A stretch of DNA of 35,332 nucleotides from Spirochaetia bacterium (GTDB lineage: Bacteria > Spirochaetota > Spirochaetia > SZUA-6 > Fen-1364). A model generated the notes under the pieces. It worked only from the letters and a program-made list of their open reading frames with translations. It did no database searches and was not told where the DNA came from. The stretch lies in contig JBEKXR010000001.1 in the NCBI GenBank assembly GCA_049511935.1, positions 1 through 35,332 on the forward strand, in the 5' to 3' direction. The position numbers were made by a program, and so were the translations under genes. Shown here piece after piece: positions 19,065-26,833 of this stretch. The number at the start of each line of letters is the position of its first letter. Positions within the stretch are counted from its first letter, which is position 1.

Positions 19065-19922
19065 CTAACGGGGCTCGGGGAGACCCGACCCCTCCCTATC
19101 CAGTCGCTCGGCCTGCGCGAGGTGCTGGGAAAGCGTGTCGACGAGACTCGCCGTGGTCTCCGTGCGGATCAGCCCCGTGAGGCTGAGCAGGCCGTCCTTT
19201 GTGTGGAATACCCCCGGCCACGTGCTGCGCGCCGAGGTGAAGCCCGCGTCGCGGGCAATGCCCACGACCCGTTCATCATACTGCCCGAACGGATAGGCGA
19301 GGCTCGTCACGGGATGGCCGATGTGCGCCTCGATCAGGTCCTTCGAGGCGACGATCTCGCGGCGCAGCATGTCGTCGCTCTTGAGCTTCGGGAGGATGAG
19401 ATGCGTGAGGGTATGGCAGCCGATCTCCATGCCTTCCGCGTCCAGCTCCCTGATCTCGTCCCACGTCATGTGGTGCGCCCGACCCACGGCCCGCACCCAG
19501 ACGAAGAAGGTGGCGGTGAACCCGTACTTGCGCAGCAGGGGCACCGCGTTCACGTACTGGCTCTGCCAGTCGTCATCGAAGGAGATGATGACGGGCCGGG
19601 CCGGGAGGGGCGCGCCTTTGCTGATGTGGGCCTCCAGTACGTCGAATGTCACCGACGAGTAGCCGTTCTCCCTCAGGTAGGACAACTCGGATTCCAATGT
19701 CTCGGGAGTCGCGATCCAGCGGCGCGCTCCCTTCGTATCCGTGGGAATGTAGGGCCGTATCGAGTGGTAGATCAGAATGGGAACGATCGCGCCGGTGTCC
19801 CCTTCCCCGTCGCGGGGCATCGGCGGAACGCGCGCGGCCGGGGTGCGGGGAGGCAGCATCACCTGGGAGAAAGCGGCCGCTCCGATGAGGAGCGCGAAAA
19901 GCGTGAATGTCACTCGTTTCAT
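19065..19922 (-). CDS. secreted polysaccharide deacetylase (CE4) family protein
   Basis: Signal peptide MKRVTFTLFALLIGAAAFSQ. Motifs ILIYHSI, VIISFDDDW and GCHTLTH. Confidence 0.85.
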   Translation of the reverse strand: MKRVTFTLFALLIGAAAFSQVMLPPRTPAARVPPMPRDGEGDTGAIVPILIYHSIRPYIPTDTKGARRWIATPETLESELSYLRENGYSSVTFDVLEAHISKGAPLPARPVIISFDDDWQSQYVNAVPLLRKYGFTATFFVWVRAVGRAHHMTWDEIRELDAEGMEIGCHTLTHLILPKLKSDDMLRREIVASKDLIEAHIGHPVTSLAYPFGQYDERVVGIARDAGFTSARSTWPGVFHTKDGLLSLTGLIRTETTASLVDTLSQHLAQAERLDREGSGLPEPR

Positions 19923-20090
19923 GTGCAGCAGGCGGGCCGTCTACCCCTTCTTGATCGCGCCGGAGGCGATGAAGAGGGAGAGGTATGTGAGCGGCGAGGT
20001 GAGAGCGATTCGTCGCGTCATGCTTCCAATGTAATTTGGGCGCGTTCACAGTGTCAATGCGGCGTGGTCCGAGCGCTCCGACACGCCCCC

Positions 20091-20120
20091 TTGATACCGG
20101 GGAAAGCGCGGCACTATCCT
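20091..20120 (+). promoter_or_regulatory. putative promoter, leaderless nadC
   Basis: TTGATA-N18-TATCCT, with the -10 ending 7 nt before ATG 20128. No Shine-Dalgarno sequence. Confidence 0.35.
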
Positions 20121-20127
20121 TGCCGCG

Positions 20128-20961
20128 ATGCGCGAAGGCGATTACCTCCCGCTCCTCCAGATTGCGCTCCGAGAAGACCTCGGGGACTCCGGCGACGTCA
20201 CGTCGCAGGCAGTGGCGCCGGACGGCGAGCGGGCGGCGACACTGTGGAGCAAAGACACGGGGGTGCTCGCCGGCGAGGAAGTTTTCGCCGCGGTCTTCCG
20301 CGCGATCGACCCGGATGTCCGCGTCCGCTTCGCGCTGCACGACGGCGCCTTTCTGGAAAAGGGGCAGCGCGTGGCGGAGGTGAGCGGGAGAGCCGTCTCC
20401 CTTCTGTCCGGCGAGCGGACGAGCCTCAATTTCATCTCCTTTCTCTCCGGCATCGCCACCGCGACGCGTTCCCTTGTCATGCAGGCGCGCGCCACCGGGA
20501 ACGCGGTGATCCTGGACACCCGCAAGACCCTGCCGGGCTGGCGCGCGCTCTCGAAATACGCGGTCACCGTCGGCGGGGGGCGCAATCACCGCCAGGGTCT
20601 CTACGACATGGTCCTCATCAAGGACAACCACATCGACAGCGCCGGCTCGATCGCCGAAGCGGTCCGGCGGGTGCGCGCGCGCTGGGGAACGCGGTTCGTG
20701 GTGGAAGTGGAGTGCCGCAGCGCGGCGGAGGTCAGCGACGCCCTGGCCGCGGGAGTGGACATCATCATGCTGGACAACATGGAGGCGGAGGAAATCCGGC
20801 GGGAGGTGCAGAGGATCGCGGGCCGGGCGAAGGTCGAGGCATCGGGCACGATGACCCCTGAGCGGATTCCGGCGGTGAGCGCCGCCGGCGTCGACTTCAT
20901 CTCCGTGGGCGCGATCACCCACTCGGTGCGGTCGTTCGATTTTTCCCTGAAGATCGCCTGA
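20128..20961 (+). CDS. nadC: nicotinate-nucleotide diphosphorylase (carboxylating)
   Basis: 277 aa with ALREDLGDSGDVTS, TRKT.PG.R and IKDNHI. Confidence 0.9.
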   Translation: MREGDYLPLLQIALREDLGDSGDVTSQAVAPDGERAATLWSKDTGVLAGEEVFAAVFRAIDPDVRVRFALHDGAFLEKGQRVAEVSGRAVSLLSGERTSLNFISFLSGIATATRSLVMQARATGNAVILDTRKTLPGWRALSKYAVTVGGGRNHRQGLYDMVLIKDNHIDSAGSIAEAVRRVRARWGTRFVVEVECRSAAEVSDALAAGVDIIMLDNMEAEEIRREVQRIAGRAKVEASGTMTPERIPAVSAAGVDFISVGAITHSVRSFDFSLKIA

Positions 20962-20973
20962 GACGGGAGGAGG

Positions 20974-22556
20974 ATGCCGGGGGTGGCGGGAGCAGGGGCA
21001 TACGAATTCGATCTGATCGTGCTCGGCGCGGGCATCGCGGGCCTCACGGCTGCGCTTGCGGCCGCCGACGAGGGGCGTTCCGTGGCGGTGGTCTCCAAGG
21101 AGCCGCTCCTGGAGGAGTGCAACACCCAGTACGCGCAGGGCGGCATCGTGGCCCGCGGGGAAGGGGATTCCCCGGCACTTCTCGCCCAGGACATCACCGC
21201 GGCGGGAGACGGCATCAACAGCAGGGAGGCCGTCGAGCTGCTGGCGGCCGAAGGCCCGGAGCTCGTCGACGAGCTGCTGGTCCGCCGCCTGGCCGTGCCG
21301 TTCAACCGCGATCCCTCGGGCAAGCCGGCCCTCACGCAGGAAGCGGCGCATTCCCTGCGGCGGATCTACTTCTCCAGGGACACGACCGGCAGGGCGATCG
21401 AGGCTTCGCTCCTGGCGGCCGCCACCGCTCACCCACGCATCAGGACATTCTCGTCGCACGCGGCCATCGACCTGATCACGAACACGCACAACTCCACCGA
21501 CGCCCAGGAGCGCTACAGGAAGACTCGTGTGATCGGCGCCTACCTCTGGGACCCCGACGCCGAGCAAGTGAAGGCCTTCTACGCCGGGGCCACCGTGCTC
21601 GCCACGGGAGGCGTGGGGAACCTCTTCCTGCACACTTCCAACCCGGCCTGCGCCACCGGAGACGGGCTTGCCATGGCGAGCAGGATCGGGGCGGAGATCC
21701 TGAACGCGGAGTACGTCCAGTTCCACCCCACGGTGCTCTTCCACCGCGACGTGAAGCGCTTCCTCATCAGCGAGGCGGTCCGCGGCGAAGGGGCGCGCCT
21801 GCTCAACACGCGGGGGAGCAGTTCATGAAGCGCTACGATCCCGAGCGCGCCGATCTCGCCCCGCGCGACGAGGTTGCCCGGGCAATGTACCGCGAGATGG
21901 AGAACGAGGGCTCCTACTACCTGCTCCTTGACGCGCGCCTGGCCGCGGGCTCCCGACTCGAGGAGCGCTTCCCGGGGATCTTCGAGAAGTGCATGAGCGT
22001 CGGGCTGGACATCCGCCGGGAGCCGATCCCCGTCGTGCCGGCGGCGCATTATTTCTGCGGCGGCGTGAAGGTGGGGCTCACGGGGCGCACTTCGGTTGCG
22101 GGGCTCTACGCGGCGGGAGAGACCGCGTGCACCGGCGTGCACGGGGCCAACCGCCTGGCCTCCGTCTCCCTGCTGGAGGCCCTGTTCTTCGGCAATGCCG
22201 CGGGAAAGGACGCGGCAGAGAACCTCACCCCGGTATCGACGGCCTTGAAGAAGAGCACCCCTGACTGGGTGCACCCTGCCCCCGCGGAGGAGTTTGATCC
22301 CGTCCTGATCCAGCAGGACATGCTCAACATCCAGTCCACCATGTGGAATTACGCCGGCATCATCCGCAACAGGAAACGCCTGGAGCGCGCCCTGGCGGAT
22401 CTCAACTACCTCAGCCACAGGATCGAACAGTTCTACGAGCAGGCGACGATCAGCCGTTCGATCATCGAGCTGCGCAATGCCGTGCTCGCCGCCCACGTGA
22501 TCGTCTCGGCCGCCTATTCGAACTCGCGCTCCCTGGGCTGCCATTACCTCGAATGA
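20974..22556 (+). pseudogene. nadB: L-aspartate oxidase split over two frames (1-nt frame change at a G5 run)
   Basis: ORF 20974-21828 (DLIVLGAGIAGLTAAL ... ISEAVRGEGARLLNTRG) stops at 21826. The continuation EQFMKRYDPERADLAPRDEVARA... is in the other frame (ORF ending at 22556). One extra G in the run 21812-21816 would join them as LLNTRGEQFM. Confidence 0.85.
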
Positions 22557-23953
22557 GCTCAAGGCGGCCGTCGTATTCCCGGGCGAGGGCGGCCTGCGGG
22601 ATCGCCGGGATCGTCGAACTCGTTTTTTTGCTCACGTCCTGTGCGGGCATCCATTTCGGCACCCCGACGGACAGAGGCCTGAAATTCAGCGAGCCCGCGG
22701 CCGCGTATCCCTCCGCCCGGTTTGCCGTCATCAGCGATCCTCACTTCTACGACGTGGACCTGGGGATCGAAGGCTCCGCGTTCCAGCGCGACGTGGACAG
22801 CGACAGGAAGCTGCTCCTGGAAAGCCGGGAGATCCTCTCCTCCGCGCTGCTGCACGTTCGCGAGCTGGGCGTCGGTTTCCTTCTCATTCCGGGTGATCTC
22901 ACGAAGGACGGGGAGAGACAGGACCACCTCCTCGTTGCCGAGGAGCTCTCCGCCCTCTCCCGAACCGGCGTGCGGGTGTACGTGGTGCCGGGCAATCATG
23001 ACATCCTGAACCCTCGTGCAGTGCGCTACAGCGGGGCATCGATGACCCGGGTGCCCAATGTGAATCCCGCGGAGTTCGCGGAAATCTACCGGGATGCCGG
23101 GTACGGAGAGGCGCTGTTCCGGGACCCGGATTCGTTGAGCTACGTGGCGGAGCCGGTCCGCGGGTTGTGGCTGCTGGCGGTCGATTCAGCAGATTACGCA
23201 GGCAATGCCGGACGAACCGCCCCGGAAACCGGAAGCGGGCTTACCCAGGCACGGGTGGCATGGATCGAATCCATGCTGGGGCTCGCGCTGAGCCGGCAGA
23301 AAGCCGTGATCGTCATGATGCATCACGGCGTGGTCGAGCATTTCGCCAGCCAGGCCAGGTACTTCTCCCGCTACCTCGTCAGAGACTGGGAAAAGGCCGC
23401 CGATATGCTCGCGTCCTACGGCGTGCGGGTTGTCTTTACCGGCCATTTCCACGCCCAGGACATCGCCCTTCGCCAGTCCGCGAGCGGACGCGCGATCTTC
23501 GACGTCGAAACCGGATCCCTCGTCACCTTTCCGGATCCCGTGCGCTTGGTGGCGATCGATGCGGAGACGCAGCGGATGAAGATCGAATCCTCTTTCGTCA
23601 TGGATCTCCCGTCCTTCTCGACTCGCGGGGTGGATTTCTGGCAGTACTCGAGGGATTTCACGCACGAAGGCACAAGGCGAATCGCGGCGAAGGCGATGAG
23701 ATCCTACGGGATTTCGAGCGAGGAGGCATCGACAATCGCCGCACAGGTGGCTGACGCGTTTGTCGCACATTTCCGGGGCGACGAGCATTTCACTGGCACG
23801 GAAATGCTCGGGACCCGGGGCCTGAGCCCCCTCGCCGGCCTCGTCGTGGGCATGCGCAGGGACCTGATCACGAGCCTGTGGAACGATCCGGAGCCGCCGG
23901 ACAACGACCTCGTGATCGACCTCGCGGCAGGAACGTGGGAGAACGGGAGCTGA
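22553..23953 (+). CDS. metallophosphoesterase lipoprotein (calcineurin-like)
   Basis: I place the start at ATG 22553, overlapping the nadB stop (ATGA). Lipobox LLTSC. Motifs ISDPHF, GDLTKDGE, VPGNHD, MMHHG and GHFH. Confidence 0.8.
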   Translation: MSSRRPSYSRARAACGIAGIVELVFLLTSCAGIHFGTPTDRGLKFSEPAAAYPSARFAVISDPHFYDVDLGIEGSAFQRDVDSDRKLLLESREILSSALLHVRELGVGFLLIPGDLTKDGERQDHLLVAEELSALSRTGVRVYVVPGNHDILNPRAVRYSGASMTRVPNVNPAEFAEIYRDAGYGEALFRDPDSLSYVAEPVRGLWLLAVDSADYAGNAGRTAPETGSGLTQARVAWIESMLGLALSRQKAVIVMMHHGVVEHFASQARYFSRYLVRDWEKAADMLASYGVRVVFTGHFHAQDIALRQSASGRAIFDVETGSLVTFPDPVRLVAIDAETQRMKIESSFVMDLPSFSTRGVDFWQYSRDFTHEGTRRIAAKAMRSYGISSEEASTIAAQVADAFVAHFRGDEHFTGTEMLGTRGLSPLAGLVVGMRRDLITSLWNDPEPPDNDLVIDLAAGTWENGS

Positions 23954-23961
23954 ACCCGACT

Positions 23962-23981
23962 GGCCGGGACCTCGCCCGGCC
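23962..23981. terminator. GC hairpin between convergent genes (weak bidirectional terminator candidate)
   Basis: GGCCGGG-ACCTCG-CCCGGCC, a 7-bp stem. No clear U-tract on either side. Confidence 0.3.
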
Positions 23982-23997
23982 TCTGCCATGCGCCCGC

Positions 23998-24486
23998 CTA
24001 CGCCCCGGTCCGGGCGAGCTCCTCCAGCGCCCCTTTCGCGTTCGGCACCGTTTCCTCGGGCTTCACCTTGTACCAGGCGCGCTGGACCTTTCCTTTCTCA
24101 TCGATGAGGAATGACGATCGGATGATGCCCTTGTACGTCTTTCCGTAGTTGGTCTTGTCGCCCCAGACGCCGTAGGCTTCCGCGACGCGGTGATCGGTGT
24201 CCGCGAGGAGCGGGAATCCAAGGGAGAACTTCACGTCGAACTTCTTCTGGTCCTCGGGCGTGTCGGGGCTGAGTCCGAGCACGTCCACGTTCAGTTTTTT
24301 CATGTCCTGCCGGGCATCGCGCACGGCGCAGGACTGCGTCGTGCATCCGGGGGTGTCCGCCTTGGGATAGAAATACAGAAGGACCTTGCGCCCCTTGAAG
24401 TCCGAGAGCTTCACGGTGTTTCCATTCTGGTCAGAGAGTGAAAAGCCGGGCGCCGACTGGCCCGGGGTAAGCGTCGCATCCATCAT
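23998..24486 (-). CDS. bcp: thioredoxin-dependent thiol peroxidase (PrxQ/BCP)
   Basis: 162 aa with LYFYPKADTPGCTTQSC. GAGGAGG RBS. Confidence 0.9.
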   Translation of the reverse strand: MMDATLTPGQSAPGFSLSDQNGNTVKLSDFKGRKVLLYFYPKADTPGCTTQSCAVRDARQDMKKLNVDVLGLSPDTPEDQKKFDVKFSLGFPLLADTDHRVAEAYGVWGDKTNYGKTYKGIIRSSFLIDEKGKVQRAWYKVKPEETVPNAKGALEELARTGA

Positions 24487-24569
24487 ATGCCTCCTCGATC
24501 AAGGTACGAACCATGGAGGGTCGGAGTCAAACGCGGAACCGGAGTCAGGCGCGTGCCCTGGCGACCAGC

Positions 24570-24599
24570 TTGCCGAGTGCTCGCCCCGCGGACTATACT
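24570..24599 (+). promoter_or_regulatory. putative promoter, leaderless methyltransferase gene
   Basis: TTGCCG-N18-TATACT, with the -10 ending 8 nt before ATG 24608. No Shine-Dalgarno sequence. Confidence 0.35.
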
Positions 24600-24607
24600 G
24601 CCGCACG

Positions 24608-25807
24608 ATGCAGCCCGGACAGTGCAGCGCCGTTCTCTACAACGCCGACTGCCGGCGCATGCCGGAGCTCGCGGCCGGAAGCATCGACCTCGTGGTCACC
24701 TCTCCCCCGTACTGGCAGATCAAGGACTACGGGTCCCCCGGGCAGATCGGGTTCGGACAGAGCCTTCATGAGTACCTCCGTGACCTGACGCGGGTCTGGA
24801 CGGAGTGCATCCGGGTGCTCCGCGAGGGGGGACGGCTGTGCGTGAACATCGGCGACCAGTTCGCACGGGCGAGCGTGTTCGGACGCTACCGCGTGATCCC
24901 CCTCCACGCGGAAATCATCTGCCAGTGCGCCGAGGCGGGATTCGATTCGATGGGATCCATCATCTGGCGGAAGAAAACCACGGTGAACACCACGGGTGGC
25001 GCCGTGGTGATGGGCTCCTACCCCTACCCGCCAAACGGCGTCGTCGAAATCGACTTCGAGTACATCCTCCTCTTCAAAAAACCGGGGAAAGCCCGCGCGC
25101 CTTCCCGGGAGATCAAGGAGCAGTCCGCGCTCACCAGGGAGGAGTGGAAGTCCTGGTTCTCCGGACACTGGGATGTGGGCGGAGCCCGCAAGGACGGGCA
25201 TGACGCGCCATTTCCGCAGGAGATCCCCCGGCGGCTCATCAGGATGTTCAGCTTCTGCGGCGACACGGTCCTCGATCCCTTCATGGGGCGGGGAACCACG
25301 GCGAAGGCCGCGCTCGAGCTGGGGAGGAACGCCGTGGGTTACGAGATCCGCGGTGACTACCTGTTGAACGCGGGCAGCCAACACCGAGGTCTGTTCGACG
25401 GGACCCTCACGGTCGTCGTCCCGGACAGGAGTCGATGGCCGGCTTCGGCGAGCTCCGAGACCGCCTCGCGGGAGCCGCGCATCCCCGACATGGCTCCTGC
25501 CGCGTCCGCGGCGGGCATGAAGCCCCTGCCGCCGCTGCATACGGTCACCGCGATCAGGTCCGACTGCAGCCTCGTTCTGGAGTCCGGCACGACGGTGTCC
25601 TTCCTCGGGCTGGAGATCCTGGACCGCGCGGCGGCGATCGCCTACTTGTCGGCACGCGTGCTGAAAAAAAAAGTCTTCCTGAGGGATGAGTGCGCGGGTG
25701 AAGGCTCCGCGCTGATGGCACGGATCATTCTCAAAAACAGAATCTCGATCAACGCACAGCTCGTGAAATCGGGGGCCGCCCGGGCCGTCGGACCGTCGGG
25801 AAGGTAA
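24608..25807 (+). CDS. beta-class DNA methyltransferase (SPPY motif, N4-C/N6-A family) with a C-terminal SNase-like domain
   Basis: The start is trimmed to ATG 24608 because the listed ORF start overlaps bcp. Motif IV is DLVVTSPPYW and motif I is VLDPFMGRGTTAKAA (order IV then I, so beta class). After a Pro/Ala/Ser linker, the last 90 aa or so follow a staphylococcal-nuclease-like pattern. Confidence 0.85.
   Translation: MQPGQCSAVLYNADCRRMPELAAGSIDLVVTSPPYWQIKDYGSPGQIGFGQSLHEYLRDLTRVWTECIRVLREGGRLCVNIGDQFARASVFGRYRVIPLHAEIICQCAEAGFDSMGSIIWRKKTTVNTTGGAVVMGSYPYPPNGVVEIDFEYILLFKKPGKARAPSREIKEQSALTREEWKSWFSGHWDVGGARKDGHDAPFPQEIPRRLIRMFSFCGDTVLDPFMGRGTTAKAALELGRNAVGYEIRGDYLLNAGSQHRGLFDGTLTVVVPDRSRWPASASSETASREPRIPDMAPAASAAGMKPLPPLHTVTAIRSDCSLVLESGTTVSFLGLEILDRAAAIAYLSARVLKKKVFLRDECAGEGSALMARIILKNRISINAQLVKSGAARAVGPSGR
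25664..25672 (+). repeat. A9 homopolymer inside the methyltransferase gene
   Basis: CTG AAA AAA AAA GTC (L-K-K-K-V), read directly. It is the longest homopolymer I saw in the window. Confidence 0.95.
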
Positions 25808-25811
25808 GGGC

Positions 25812-26336
25812 ATGGTGCACAAGATCGGGGGCAAGGTCCCGGAGGTCGACAAGGCGCTGTTCGTTGCGTGGAACGCGGAAGTGGCCGGAAGCGTCACGCT
25901 GGCCGCTGAGACGAGCATCTGGTTCAGTGCCACCCTGCGCGGTGATATCGAGTACATCAAAGTGGGACGGGGTTCCAACGTGCAGGACGGGGCGACACTG
26001 CACACAGATTTCGGTCTTCCCTGCGTCGTGGGCGAAGGCGTCACCATCGGCCACCGGGCGATCCTTCACGGCTGCACGGTCGGAGACGACTGTCTCATCG
26101 GGATGGGGGCCGTCGTGCTCAGCGGCGCGGTGATCGGCAGGGAGAGCATCGTGGGTGCCGCAGCCCTGGTGACGGAAGGGATGAGCTTTCCCCCCCGGTC
26201 CCTGATCATCGGCATCCCCGCGAAAGCGGTCCGGACCCTCGACGATGAGGCGATCCGGAAAGTCAGGGAGAACGGCAGGGTCTACGTCCGCCTCGCCGCC
26301 GAGGCGGGACGCGCCTACGCGGAGCTGCCGGGATAG
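25812..26336 (+). CDS. gamma-class carbonic anhydrase family (left-handed beta-helix, YrdA/PaaY-like) protein
   Basis: 174 aa with hexapeptide repeats, IWFSATLRGD and GSNVQDGATLH. Confidence 0.9.
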   Translation: MVHKIGGKVPEVDKALFVAWNAEVAGSVTLAAETSIWFSATLRGDIEYIKVGRGSNVQDGATLHTDFGLPCVVGEGVTIGHRAILHGCTVGDDCLIGMGAVVLSGAVIGRESIVGAAALVTEGMSFPPRSLIIGIPAKAVRTLDDEAIRKVRENGRVYVRLAAEAGRAYAELPG

Positions 26337-26827
26337 TCTCTGGCATCGAGAAGCATTGGCCACTCGAGTTCGAACATCGGCGTGAGGGCTCCGGTGCCGA
26401 TCATCGCCCGCACCTCGTCGAGGGTGAAATGCCGTCCCTCGGCGATTTCACCGGGGTCCGCATGTATCAGCTGGGAGGATTCCAGCATGAAGCACTCGGC
26501 GAACTCTGATTCGAAGGTGCCCTCGCTCAGGTAGGAATACAGGAAAGAAGCCCCCGAGGCGTCGATGCCCAGCTCCTCGCGGGCCTCCCGGAGAAGCGCG
26601 TCCGTCACCTTCTCCCCTGCGCCGACGTGGCCGCCGACCGAGGTGTCCCAGCGGCCGGGGTTGGTGTCCTTGCTCATCGACCTCTTCTGAAGAAACAGCC
26701 TTCCCCCGGGATCGAAAAGGTGGAGGTGCACGACCAGGTGGATGAGACGGGGGTTTCCATGGCACTCCTGCCGCGACGCCTCTCCGATCGGCCTTCCGTT
26801 CCTGTCCACGAGCTGGAACATCTCCAT
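26315..26827 (-). CDS. NUDIX hydrolase, IDI-like subfamily
   Basis: 170 aa. Nudix box GGHVGAGEKVTDALLREAREELGI. The preceding LHLFDPGGRLFLQKRSMSKDTNPGRWDTSVGGH resembles type-1 IPP isomerase but lacks its Cys. The 3' end overlaps the gamma-CA 3' end by 22 nt. Confidence 0.85.
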   Translation of the reverse strand: MEMFQLVDRNGRPIGEASRQECHGNPRLIHLVVHLHLFDPGGRLFLQKRSMSKDTNPGRWDTSVGGHVGAGEKVTDALLREAREELGIDASGASFLYSYLSEGTFESEFAECFMLESSQLIHADPGEIAEGRHFTLDEVRAMIGTGALTPMFELEWPMLLDARDYPGSSA

Positions 26828-26833
26828 GGCGTT

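Noticed and set aside
5820-21744. Long antisense or alternative-frame ORFs (5820-7082 -, 9032-10381 +, 10502-12127 +, 10524-11747 -, 12711-14192 +, 15145-16485 +, 19122-20861 +, 19573-21744 -, and similarly 28361-29902 +)
   Set aside because: All lie opposite, or out of frame with, strongly conserved genes. Their products are dominated by Arg, Gly, Pro, His and Ala and carry no motifs. This is the expected stop-codon-poor shadow of high-GC coding sequence.
21805-21830. Programmed -1 ribosomal frameshift in nadB
   Set aside because: The site G CGG GGG is not a canonical X XXY YYZ heptamer, I saw no obvious downstream stimulatory structure, and nadB is not known to be recoded. An indel, real or artefactual, is the simpler explanation.
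22343-22552. N-terminal 70 codons of the 536-aa ORF (metallophosphoesterase)
   Set aside because: This part overlaps the nadB 3' end in another frame. The ATG at 22553 gives a proper lipoprotein signal peptide and an ATGA junction.
24386-24607. N-terminal 74 codons of the 473-aa ORF (methyltransferase)
   Set aside because: It overlaps the bcp start and the intergenic region. Conserved methyltransferase sequence begins just after the ATG at 24608, which has a well-placed promoter.
23998-26336. Restriction-modification system around the methyltransferase
   Set aside because: The flanking genes are bcp and a gamma-carbonic-anhydrase-family gene. No endonuclease, specificity subunit or helicase is present, so it is treated as an orphan methyltransferase.
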